Source: an uncultured Bacteroidales bacterium (GTDB lineage Bacteria; Bacteroidota; Bacteroidia; Bacteroidales; UBA932). From it: a DNA stretch of 31,430 nt. The notes beneath the pieces were generated by a model that was given only the letters and a program-made list of their open reading frames with translations, was not told the DNA's origin and ran no database searches. The stretch is taken from positions 1 through 31,430 of the forward strand of contig CAXYUL010000001.1 of the NCBI GenBank assembly GCA_964292095.1, read 5' to 3'. Positions 9,661 to 17,247 of this stretch are shown here, in pieces (position 1 is the first letter of the stretch; every line of letters starts with the position of its first letter). The position numbers and the translations under genes were made by a program.

Positions 9661-10123
9661 TAAGTCATTCAACCATTTAGGTAGACAAAGTGGACATCGT
9701 AAGGCTATGTTGGCTAATATGGCGTCTTCTCTATTGCTACACAAGCGTATAGAGTCTACAGTGGCTAAAGCAAAAGCTTTACGTATGTATGTAGAGCCAC
9801 TTATTACAAAGTCAAAAGATGATAGCACTCACTCTAGAAGAATTGTTTTCAGTTACTTAAAACAAAAAGAGGCTGTAAGTGAGTTGTTCAGAGTGGTAGC
9901 TCCAAAAATTGCAGAGCGTAATGGTGGTTATACACGTGTACTTAAAACAGGTTTCCGTGTGGGCGATGCCGCTGATATGGCAATAATTGAACTTGTAGAC
10001 TTTAACGAGGCTGCTTTAGGCGTAACAAGCAAGAAAGAAACAGCTAAGAAGGCTACAACACGTAGAAGTAGGGCAAAAAAAGCAGATGCTCCTGCAGCTA
10101 AGGAGGAAGCTAAAGCTGAGTAA
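9650..10123 (+). CDS. rplQ: 50S ribosomal protein L17
   Basis: [18 protein letters not shown] and RNGGYTR motifs; Ala/Lys-rich C-terminal tail. Confidence 0.98.
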   Translation: MRHNKSFNHLGRQSGHRKAMLANMASSLLLHKRIESTVAKAKALRMYVEPLITKSKDDSTHSRRIVFSYLKQKEAVSELFRVVAPKIAERNGGYTRVLKTGFRVGDAADMAIIELVDFNEAALGVTSKKETAKKATTRRSRAKKADAPAAKEEAKAE

Positions 10124-10153
10124 TTTTTGTAGTTATTTATACTACATATATAT

Positions 10154-10196
10154 AAAAATCGGCAAAGGTATTTATTTACTTTTGCCGATTTTTTAT
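10154..10196. terminator. Probable bidirectional intrinsic terminator between convergent rplQ and the GSCFA gene
   Basis: Perfect 13-bp inverted repeat AAAAATCGGCAAA (10154-10166) / TTTGCCGATTTTT (10181-10193), extendable inward, with T tracts on both strands. Confidence 0.85.
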
Positions 10197-10228
10197 TACT
10201 TTTCCTTTTCTTTATTGATGTGCTATAT

Positions 10229-11128
10229 TTACTTTTTAGGTGCTTGGTGGAATGGAATGTGCATTTCTCGTTTTGTCTTTTTATATTCCTCTATCATTTT
10301 TATTTGTGTTGCGCTATCAAGATAGCTATTACTAAAAATTTCAAAAATGTATTTTATTGCTAGCTCACTTGGATGGGTCATATCATCTGCATAGAACCTA
10401 TAGTCTCTTAGTTCGTCCATCATTATCTCGTAGGCAGGAAAGTAGCTTAACTCAATTTTGTCGGGAAGAGGATTATTATTAATAAGCTCATCTAGGGCTA
10501 AAAGTAAAATTGATTTGCTAATTTGATTACCGTGTGCGCCATCGGCCATGTGTCGTATTGGACTTACTGTAAATATTATTTTATTAAGTTTACTGGGTTT
10601 TGAGCTGTTGCTCAGCAGAGCAATTATCTTGTTTAATTGCTCTAGCGTTTGCTTTAAACTAAGTAGCTGTCGGCTAAATTCTTTGGCACTTATTTTATGG
10701 CAGTTTGATACTATTATGTCTTTTCCTATGTGCTTATATATCCATGCTGTTCCTAGTGTTATGATTATTGTAGTGGAAGATTTGAAAAAATCTTTGCTTT
10801 TAGCCAGCTGAGTATTTGCGTTGCTTAAAAAATCCTCTTTGTTACTTTTTGAGAAACTTCCATGGTGCGAAAATGAGCAATATAGGCCATTATGCTCAAT
10901 GACTTGCTCGTCTGTAAAATCTTTTCCCTCTTTTAGCAGTTCTATAGAGTTTGCTATTGAGGCAGGGTTATATAGTGTGCCAAAAGGGTTAAGCATAACA
11001 TTAAACCTATAGTCTTTTAGCATTTTACCAATATTATCGGCAAAGCAAGAGCCTATTAATAAAATATTATCGTTATAGCTCATTTTCTGTTCTACCCTTA
11101 TTGGGCTTACTTGTGTTACTAGTTTCAT
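10229..11128 (-). CDS. GSCFA-domain protein (SGNH-hydrolase-like, function unknown)
   Basis: LIGSCFADNIG signature, NPFG.LYNP, TVSPIRH and YFPAYEIMMDELRDYRFYADDMTHP. Confidence 0.9.
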   Translation of the reverse strand: MKLVTQVSPIRVEQKMSYNDNILLIGSCFADNIGKMLKDYRFNVMLNPFGTLYNPASIANSIELLKEGKDFTDEQVIEHNGLYCSFSHHGSFSKSNKEDFLSNANTQLAKSKDFFKSSTTIIITLGTAWIYKHIGKDIIVSNCHKISAKEFSRQLLSLKQTLEQLNKIIALLSNSSKPSKLNKIIFTVSPIRHMADGAHGNQISKSILLLALDELINNNPLPDKIELSYFPAYEIMMDELRDYRFYADDMTHPSELAIKYIFEIFSNSYLDSATQIKMIEEYKKTKREMHIPFHQAPKK

Positions 11129-12158
11129 TTTTTTTGAGATAGGCTAGGGTATCTATAATTTTATTTTTTCCGCTTCTAAGTATTGGTGAGCTTTTAAAAA
11201 GCTTTTTAAAGTCTAAATTGCTAAGTTCTTTAATAGTTTGAATAGAAAAATTAGAATCTTCTAGCAATTGCACTCCCTTACTTTTATTGGAAAATTCTTT
11301 CCATGCAATAAGATTTTTACTATTCCAAGGACATACATCCATGCACTCATCGCAACCAAATAACCAATTATTTAGTTTAGGCTCTAAATGGCTTGTGCTT
11401 ATAAGCTCCTTATTTTCTATTGTTTGATACGAAATACATTTATCTGCATTTAATTTATGAGCAGAGTATAAAGCTCCACTTGGACAGGAATCTAAGCAGC
11501 GCTGGCATTTGCCACAATAATCTTTATTTGCAAGGTAATGAGCATCTTTGGAACTATTTAAAACTCTTTCTATGGGCAAATTTACTAAAATAAGTCCAAT
11601 AAAATTTGCAATTCCACAATTTCTACTTATCAAAAAATTATTCTTCCCGACAAAACCTAGTTTAGCTTCTACGGCCCATGCACGTTCTAGTATTGGAGCG
11701 GAATCGGTAAAAACACGAGCTTTAATCATTGGATCTAGCTCTTGCAATTGCTCAACTATATGATTGAGCTTATTTTTTATGACATAATGATAATCTATGC
11801 CCCATGCATATTTAGAAATTTTAATAGTGTTGCATGTATTGCTTTCAGGTTCTTCTTCTATCTTGTCTTTTTGTTTGAAAGGTGCTAAGAAGACTAGTAT
11901 AGAGCAATTAGTATAAATTCCGCAGCTGCTGTCTTGTATTAGTTCTACTCCTATTTCTTCTAAGAGTAGGGCAGGGTTTAACCTTTTCTCTAAGTTATTA
12001 TGAAGGTAATCTAAAGTTGCAAAATCTCCCCTTTCTGCTGCTTGCATATAATAAGCCTCTTGTTCATTTAGGCGCCTAAGAGGAGCTGCCCCCCAATCAG
12101 CAAAATTTGCAGTAGAAGACAGAGTATTAATAATGGAAAACAATGTATCTTTATTCAT
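11073..12158 (-). CDS. queG: tRNA epoxyqueuosine(34) reductase QueG
   Basis: DYHYVIK, TDSAPILERAWA and GKN motifs, plus Fe-S cysteine clusters CGKCQRCLDSCP, CISYQTIE and GCDECMDVCPWN. Confidence 0.93.
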   Translation of the reverse strand: MNKDTLFSIINTLSSTANFADWGAAPLRRLNEQEAYYMQAAERGDFATLDYLHNNLEKRLNPALLLEEIGVELIQDSSCGIYTNCSILVFLAPFKQKDKIEEEPESNTCNTIKISKYAWGIDYHYVIKNKLNHIVEQLQELDPMIKARVFTDSAPILERAWAVEAKLGFVGKNNFLISRNCGIANFIGLILVNLPIERVLNSSKDAHYLANKDYCGKCQRCLDSCPSGALYSAHKLNADKCISYQTIENKELISTSHLEPKLNNWLFGCDECMDVCPWNSKNLIAWKEFSNKSKGVQLLEDSNFSIQTIKELSNLDFKKLFKSSPILRSGKNKIIDTLAYLKKNETSNTSKPNKGRTENEL

Positions 12159-12162
12159 TATG

Positions 12163-12193
12163 CAAAGATACTTGTCTTATTCTAAGACACAAA
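12163..12193 (-). promoter_or_regulatory. Bacteroidota housekeeping-sigma promoter for queG (-33/-7)
   Basis: Minus strand TTTG (12193-12190), 19-nt spacer, TATCTTTG (12170-12163). This is a full match to the TTTG-N19-21-TAnnTTTG consensus within a 39-nt intergenic gap. Confidence 0.75.
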
Positions 12194-12197
12194 AACT

Positions 12198-12935
12198 TTA
12201 TATATCATCTTTACGATGCATATTAAAAGTAAAGGAAAATGACTCACTGCCTGCTGTGTTTGTTCCTGTACCTTCTAATTTATGTCTACTTATAACATAT
12301 GAACTTGATAATTCTAAGGTTTCATATGTGTTTTTTAAGATTAGAATAAAATTATTATTTTTGCAAGACCATTGTCCTTTATAAGTTATTGAATTTTTTT
12401 CATTTTTAAAAACCACATCGCTTGTATATCCATTATTTAACAGTGCAATATCAAAACTAATAGTTTCGTAACAGATACAAATATTTACTAGCCAATTTCC
12501 ATTGATATTCATGAGAGGTGGTATTTTTACTAGTCTATATATTCTATTTTGTTTATCATATATAGTCATTAAGTTGTTTATATTAAAATCTTCTTTTGTG
12601 GTACTAATTTTTGCAAAAGATTGCTTAATTTCTATTATTTCTTTAGATTCACCAATTTTTAATATAATCTTTGCCCTCCTTTTTTGGGCTTTATTATTTG
12701 CTTTGTATGTTGCTTTTATGTAGCCATTCCCATTGCCTATTTGTGGACTCAGTTCTAGCCAAGGTTCAGTACTACTTGCTGTCCACTGTGCCCACAGACT
12801 TATAATTTCTATGTAAAAAGATCCGCCAGAGTTACTTAAGTTTTCTTGGTCTATATTTTTATCTATAATTAATGTTAGTCCTAGCCTATTACTCTTTAGT
12901 ATTTTTACACTTTCTTTAGGTGTTAAGCTTAACAT
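12198..12935 (-). CDS. Hypothetical protein with a BACON-like domain and a possible lipocalin-like C-terminal domain
   Basis: WTASSTEPWLELSPQIGNGNGYIK...NNKAQKRRAKIILK...IEIKQ resembles BACON. The INGNW...YKGQWSCKNN segment resembles Bacteroidota lipocalin-like domains (weak). Confidence 0.6.
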   Translation of the reverse strand: MLSLTPKESVKILKSNRLGLTLIIDKNIDQENLSNSGGSFYIEIISLWAQWTASSTEPWLELSPQIGNGNGYIKATYKANNKAQKRRAKIILKIGESKEIIEIKQSFAKISTTKEDFNINNLMTIYDKQNRIYRLVKIPPLMNINGNWLVNICICYETISFDIALLNNGYTSDVVFKNEKNSITYKGQWSCKNNNFILILKNTYETLELSSSYVISRHKLEGTGTNTAGSESFSFTFNMHRKDDI

Positions 12936-12975
12936 ATCTTAAATTATTAGTTAGTATGCTAGTTAGTTTACTCTA

Positions 12976-12983
12976 CAAATATA
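12976..12983 (-). promoter_or_regulatory. Candidate -7 promoter element for the BACON gene
   Basis: Minus strand TATATTTG 40 nt upstream of the ATG; no clean -33 element. Confidence 0.45.
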
Positions 12984-13089
12984 ATAATAAATAAATAATA
13001 AATAATAAAGCAATAGGTTCATAATAATGCTAATTTTTAAGTTTTAGAAAATTTTTATAATAAAAGAGGCTCTTTTTATATAAAATTAT

Positions 13090-13097
13090 TACTTTTG
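13090..13097 (+). promoter_or_regulatory. Candidate -7 promoter element for the SDR dehydrogenase gene
   Basis: TACTTTTG 44 nt upstream of the ATG at 13142; no clean -33 element. Confidence 0.5.
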
Positions 13098-13141
13098 TAC
13101 TCGCTTTTTAAAATAAGAGAAAGTATAATTAAAATAATAAA

Positions 13142-14104
13142 ATGAAAAGAATATTAGTAGTTGGGGCTGGTGGCCAGATTGGAACGGAGCTAGTTCCTCA
13201 CCTTCAGAAAAACTATGGGCACGACAATGTTATTGCAGCGGACTTAAGGCCAGAAATAGTAGAAAAACTTTCTAAGTTTTCTAGGGCTATTTCGTTGGAT
13301 GCACTTAATCTAGAAGCATATACACAAGTAGTTAAGGGAAATAAAATTGATGCTATTTACAATTTAGTTGCCCTGCTATCTGCTACGGGAGAAAAAAATC
13401 CTCAATTAGCGTGGAATATTAATATGGGAGCGCTTCTAAATTCGTTAAATTTGGCCAAGGATTTTAATTGTGCTATTTTTACTCCAAGTTCTATTGGTGC
13501 ATTTGGTACAAGTACTCCAGCAGATAACACACCACAAGATACTGTAATGAGGCCTAATACTATTTATGGAGTATGCAAGGTTACAGGTGAAATGTTAGGC
13601 GATTATTATCATAGCCGATTTGGAGTTGATGCGCGTAGTGTAAGGTTCCCAGGTATTATCTCTAATGGAGCTTTACCAGGAGGTGGAACAACAGACTATG
13701 CTGTAGAAGTTTTTTATCATGCTGTAAAAACAGGCAAATATACATGTGAGGTTCCTATGAATACTTACATGGATATGCTTTATATGCCAGATGCGCTAGA
13801 AGCTACTACTCAATTAATGGAAGCAGATCCTAGTAAATTAATTCACAGGAATAGCTTTAACATTACATCAATGAGTTTTACTCCAGAGCAATTGTTTACA
13901 GAAATAAAGAAACGCATTCCTAGTTTTACATGGGATTATAATATAGATCCTATTAAGGATCAAATCTCTGCATCTTGGCCAAATAAAATGGACGACAGCT
14001 GTGCTCGTATAGAATGGAACTGGAATCCAAAATGGGGAATTAATGAGATGATAGATGATATGTTAGCTGCTTGCAAAAGAAAGTTAGCAAATGGCGAATA
14101 TTAG
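13142..14104 (+). CDS. Extended SDR, probable L-threonine 3-dehydrogenase (NAD-dependent epimerase/dehydratase family)
   Basis: GAGGQIG nucleotide-binding motif, SSIGAFG, YGVCK (YxxxK) and PGGGTTDYAVEVF, as recalled for SDR-type threonine dehydrogenases. Confidence 0.8.
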   Translation: MKRILVVGAGGQIGTELVPHLQKNYGHDNVIAADLRPEIVEKLSKFSRAISLDALNLEAYTQVVKGNKIDAIYNLVALLSATGEKNPQLAWNINMGALLNSLNLAKDFNCAIFTPSSIGAFGTSTPADNTPQDTVMRPNTIYGVCKVTGEMLGDYYHSRFGVDARSVRFPGIISNGALPGGGTTDYAVEVFYHAVKTGKYTCEVPMNTYMDMLYMPDALEATTQLMEADPSKLIHRNSFNITSMSFTPEQLFTEIKKRIPSFTWDYNIDPIKDQISASWPNKMDDSCARIEWNWNPKWGINEMIDDMLAACKRKLANGEY

Positions 14105-14132
14105 TACTATCTATTAGCTCGCTAATAATTTT

Positions 14133-14179
14133 AAAAACACATCTATATTACATATATTTGCAATATGGATGTGTTTTTT
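14133..14179. terminator. Probable bidirectional intrinsic terminator between the convergent SDR gene and lptG
   Basis: AAAAACACATC (14133-14143) / GATGTGTTTTT (14168-14178) perfect 11 bp, plus inner ATATT/AATAT pairing. Confidence 0.85.
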
Positions 14180-14217
14180 ATTAAGAATGCTTAGTTATTA
14201 TTAATGTAAAACTATTG

Positions 14218-15312
14218 CTATTTTGGCGCTATCCTATATAAAAATGCTGCAATAATAGCATAAATAAAGTTTGGAATCCAAATAGCAATAAATGGTGGTA
14301 GAGCTCCTGTATGAACAAACATTTGGCTAAATCGCATAAATAAAATGTATGAAAAGCTTAGCGCTAAACCAATACCTATATTTATTCCTATACCGCCACG
14401 CCTTTTTTTAGAAGATAGTGAAACTCCTATAAATGTTAGAATGAATGCAGAAAAGGGCATAGCATACCTAGTATTTCTTTCTATAAGTGCATATTTTACC
14501 ATTTGGTCTCCACGCATCTCTTGTGTCTTAATAAGTTCATTAAGTTGTGGTGCGTTATAGGATTCAACTTCGTTTTTTCTTCTATAAAAATCTTTAACTG
14601 TAATGGCCAGCGATGTATCTAAACTTCTTCCAGTTTTAATAATTTCGGCCTCATTTTTATAAGTTCGTATTTCATAATTATTTAACATCCAAAGTGTTCT
14701 CGTTGAATCCCATTGCGCTGTTTCTGCACTAAGTTTAGATTTTATCTGATGTCCTTCTATGCTTTCTAAGGTAAATCTGTAGATAGTATTGTTCCAAGTA
14801 CTAAAAGATTCTGCATACATAAATGTGCCTGGGTCTATTTGATAGTGCATATTACGCCCAGTATTTTCAAATGGGTTCTTAATATATTTATATTCAAAAG
14901 CTAGTCTCCCCACATTGGCCGGTGGTATAATAAATAAATTTAAAATAAGGCTAAACATAGCAATAAACGCTGCAGAAATTAGATACGGGTACATTAAGCG
15001 TTTAAAACTTATCCCTCCTGCCAGCATAGCTGTTATTTCGCTATTAGATGCTAATTTAGATGTAAAGAAAATAACAGTTATAAACACAAACAATGCGCTA
15101 AACATATTTACAAAGTAAGGAATAAAATTAGCGTAGTAATTAAAGATAATAGCGCTAAGAGGAGCCTTCTTATCTACAAAATCATCAATTTTCTCACTTA
15201 TGTCAAAAATTATCACAATCCCAATAATAAGCAGAAGCGCAAAGAAGTATGTGCCAATAAACTTCTTTATTATATACTTATCAATAATTGTTATCTTAAA
15301 ATTATAATTCAT
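14218..15312 (-). CDS. lptG: LPS export ABC transporter permease, YjgP/YjgQ family (LptG-like)
   Basis: IIDKYIIKKF, SEITAMLAGGISF.RL, KRRGGIG and WIPN motifs. Start moved from the track's TTG at 15345 to the ATG at 15312 because the TTG lies inside a TAnnTTTG element. The F/G assignment is tentative. Confidence 0.85.
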   Translation of the reverse strand: MNYNFKITIIDKYIIKKFIGTYFFALLLIIGIVIIFDISEKIDDFVDKKAPLSAIIFNYYANFIPYFVNMFSALFVFITVIFFTSKLASNSEITAMLAGGISFKRLMYPYLISAAFIAMFSLILNLFIIPPANVGRLAFEYKYIKNPFENTGRNMHYQIDPGTFMYAESFSTWNNTIYRFTLESIEGHQIKSKLSAETAQWDSTRTLWMLNNYEIRTYKNEAEIIKTGRSLDTSLAITVKDFYRRKNEVESYNAPQLNELIKTQEMRGDQMVKYALIERNTRYAMPFSAFILTFIGVSLSSKKRRGGIGINIGIGLALSFSYILFMRFSQMFVHTGALPPFIAIWIPNFIYAIIAAFLYRIAPK

Positions 15313-15342
15313 ATTGTTTTCTTCCCGATACTTTACTGAGCG

Positions 15343-15350
15343 CAAATGTA
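15343..15350 (-). promoter_or_regulatory. Candidate internal -7 promoter element for lptG
   Basis: Minus strand TACATTTG followed by C, 30 nt upstream of the ATG at 15312. Confidence 0.5.
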
Positions 15351-15401
15351 CGCTAATTTTTGTAATACTAATGAGCTAGAGCCATTTATCTGTAATTAGG
15401 A

Positions 15402-16532
15402 TTAGATTTTTGATTCTAATTTTTTAACAACAATGTTTTTCCATGCGTTAAAGTCGCCTGCTTTTATGTGTTTTCTTGCTTGATTAACTAAGTCTAAGTA
15501 GAAAGCTAAATTATGCTCACTAGCTATTTGAGCTGCAAGCATTTCACCAGCAACAAATAAATGCCTTAGGTAAGCTTTAGTGTATGCTTTATCTACAAAA
15601 GAATTGCCATTAATATCTATTGGAGAAAAATCGTCTGCCCATTTTCTATTCCTAATATTTATCATTCCTTCCCATGTGAATAACATCCCATTTCTTCCAT
15701 TACGTGTTGGCATAACACAGACGAACATATCCACACCTCTAGCTATACCCTCAAGTATATTTGCTGGCGTTCCAACACCCATTAAATAGCGTGGTTTTTC
15801 GCTAGGGATAAGAGGATTAACAACCTCTAGCATTTCATACATTTTTTCCGTAGGTTCTCCAACAGATAAGCCCCCAATTGCGTAGCCATCTCTATTTAGT
15901 GCAACAGCATGCTCTGTTGCCATCCTTCTTAAATCGGGATAAACACAACCCTGAATTATAGGAAAGAAAAATTGTTTGTAATTATATATTGGTGTGGTAG
16001 AATCAAAGTGCTTAATACATCTCTCTAACCATTTTTGAGTAAGTTTTAGAGAATTAAGTGCGTATGAGTGAGTAGCATCACCAGGGGTACATTCGTCTAG
16101 TGCCATTATTATATCCGCGCCAATAATCCGTTGCGTATCAACATTGTTTTCTGGAGTAAAAGTATGTTTAGACCCATCTATATGCGACCTAAATGTGCAG
16201 CCTTCCTCTGTTAGCTTTCTGTTCTCTGCTAAAGAAAACACCTGAAAACCACCACTATCTGTAAGCATTGGCTTGTCCCAAGAGATAAATTTATGCAAAC
16301 CACCTGCTTGTTTTATGATATCTAAGCCAGGTCTTAAATACAAATGGTAGGTATTACCAAGGATTATTTGGGCCTTTATATCAGTGGCGAGATCTCTGTG
16401 AAATACACCTTTAACTGATCCTATAGTGCCAACTGGCATAAAAATAGGAGTTTCTATAACTCCATGGTCGGTGTAAATTAATCCACATCTTGCTGCGGAG
16501 TTAATATCCTTTGCTATTTTTTCAAATCTCAT
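15402..16532 (-). CDS. tgt: tRNA-guanine(34) transglycosylase (catalytic Asp reads as Val in this sequence)
   Basis: TPIFMPVGT, GNTYHL, LTDSGGFQVFSL, DECT, QG, GGLSVGE and PRYLMGVG motifs. The expected DMFDCV motif reads DMFVCV. Confidence 0.95.
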   Translation of the reverse strand: MRFEKIAKDINSAARCGLIYTDHGVIETPIFMPVGTIGSVKGVFHRDLATDIKAQIILGNTYHLYLRPGLDIIKQAGGLHKFISWDKPMLTDSGGFQVFSLAENRKLTEEGCTFRSHIDGSKHTFTPENNVDTQRIIGADIIMALDECTPGDATHSYALNSLKLTQKWLERCIKHFDSTTPIYNYKQFFFPIIQGCVYPDLRRMATEHAVALNRDGYAIGGLSVGEPTEKMYEMLEVVNPLIPSEKPRYLMGVGTPANILEGIARGVDMFVCVMPTRNGRNGMLFTWEGMINIRNRKWADDFSPIDINGNSFVDKAYTKAYLRHLFVAGEMLAAQIASEHNLAFYLDLVNQARKHIKAGDFNAWKNIVVKKLESKI

Positions 16533-16588
16533 ATTTTAATCGTATATCTTCTAAGTTATAGTCTTAGGATATTTTTATTTATAATCTG

Positions 16589-16619
16589 CAAAAGTAATAA
16601 AAACTGTGTGTAAATTAAA
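16589..16619 (-). promoter_or_regulatory. Candidate promoter for tgt
   Basis: Minus strand TTTA (16619-16616), 19-nt spacer, TACTTTTG (16596-16589) followed by CA. Confidence 0.6.
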
Positions 16620-16630
16620 ATTTTATAATG

Positions 16631-16638
16631 TATCTTTG
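16631..16638 (+). promoter_or_regulatory. Candidate -7 promoter element for the DUF151-nupC genes
   Basis: TATCTTTG 25 nt upstream of the ATG at 16664, divergent from the tgt promoter. Confidence 0.55.
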
Positions 16639-16663
16639 TCCTCCTTGAATAAGTTTTTGAAGA

Positions 16664-17212
16664 ATGAAAAGAGTACGTTTAAATATTGGTGCTTTAAGCG
16701 CATCTTCGCAAGATGGGGGAACCTTTATGTTTTTCTTGTATAAGCAAGATAGTAATAAGTGTATTCCTGTTAATTTAAGTCCTAATGAAATGCATACCTT
16801 ACTTGTAAACTTTAATAAAATGAATGATGGGCTTATAAGTGTTCATAGCGTTTTTCAAAAACTCTTAAGAGAGTTCAGGGTAGAATTATTAGAAAATACC
16901 ATTATTAGAGATGATAAGGATAATAATTTTGTTTCTGAACTTTTATTTTTTGATGGGGAAAAGGAAATTACCATGCAAGCAAGTTTTGTTGATGGGATTA
17001 TTTTATCTAAAGAATTTGGCACCCCAATCTATACTTGCCAAGAGTTAATAGATAAGTTTGGAGTTTTAGTAGATGACTACTCAGATACTATTTTACAAAA
17101 ACAAGATAAACTAGCTATGTATAAAAAATTGCTTAAAGAGGCAATTGACCGAGAGGATTACGAAAATGCAGCAAAAATTAGTGAGCTAATAGATAAGTTT
17201 ACTAAGCCATAA
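16664..17212 (+). CDS. Divergent bifunctional-nuclease (DUF151/BFN)-like protein with C-terminal UVR motif
   Basis: C-terminal LKEAIDREDYENAAKISELI is a UvrB/UvrC helical motif. Length, residue pattern and adjacency to a CNT gene fit the DUF151 family, but the family motifs are poorly kept. Confidence 0.65.
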   Translation: MKRVRLNIGALSASSQDGGTFMFFLYKQDSNKCIPVNLSPNEMHTLLVNFNKMNDGLISVHSVFQKLLREFRVELLENTIIRDDKDNNFVSELLFFDGEKEITMQASFVDGIILSKEFGTPIYTCQELIDKFGVLVDDYSDTILQKQDKLAMYKKLLKEAIDREDYENAAKISELIDKFTKP

Positions 17213-17247
17213 GCCTAGTATTTGATTATAATTATAAAATACAATAA

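Noticed and set aside
10000-10123. Ala/Lys/Glu-rich C-terminal tail of L17
   Set aside because: Common in Bacteroidota L17.
12981-13010. ATA/ATAA low-complexity run as a repeat array or CRISPR
   Set aside because: Imperfect AT-rich microsatellite-like sequence in a divergent promoter region; no repeat-spacer structure and no cas genes.
15540-15640. Tgt lacks the CxCxxC zinc site (reads GNSFVDKAYTKAYLRH)
   Set aside because: As I recall this zinc-less variant is typical of Bacteroidota Tgt, so it is not a lesion specific to this genome; an alignment would confirm.
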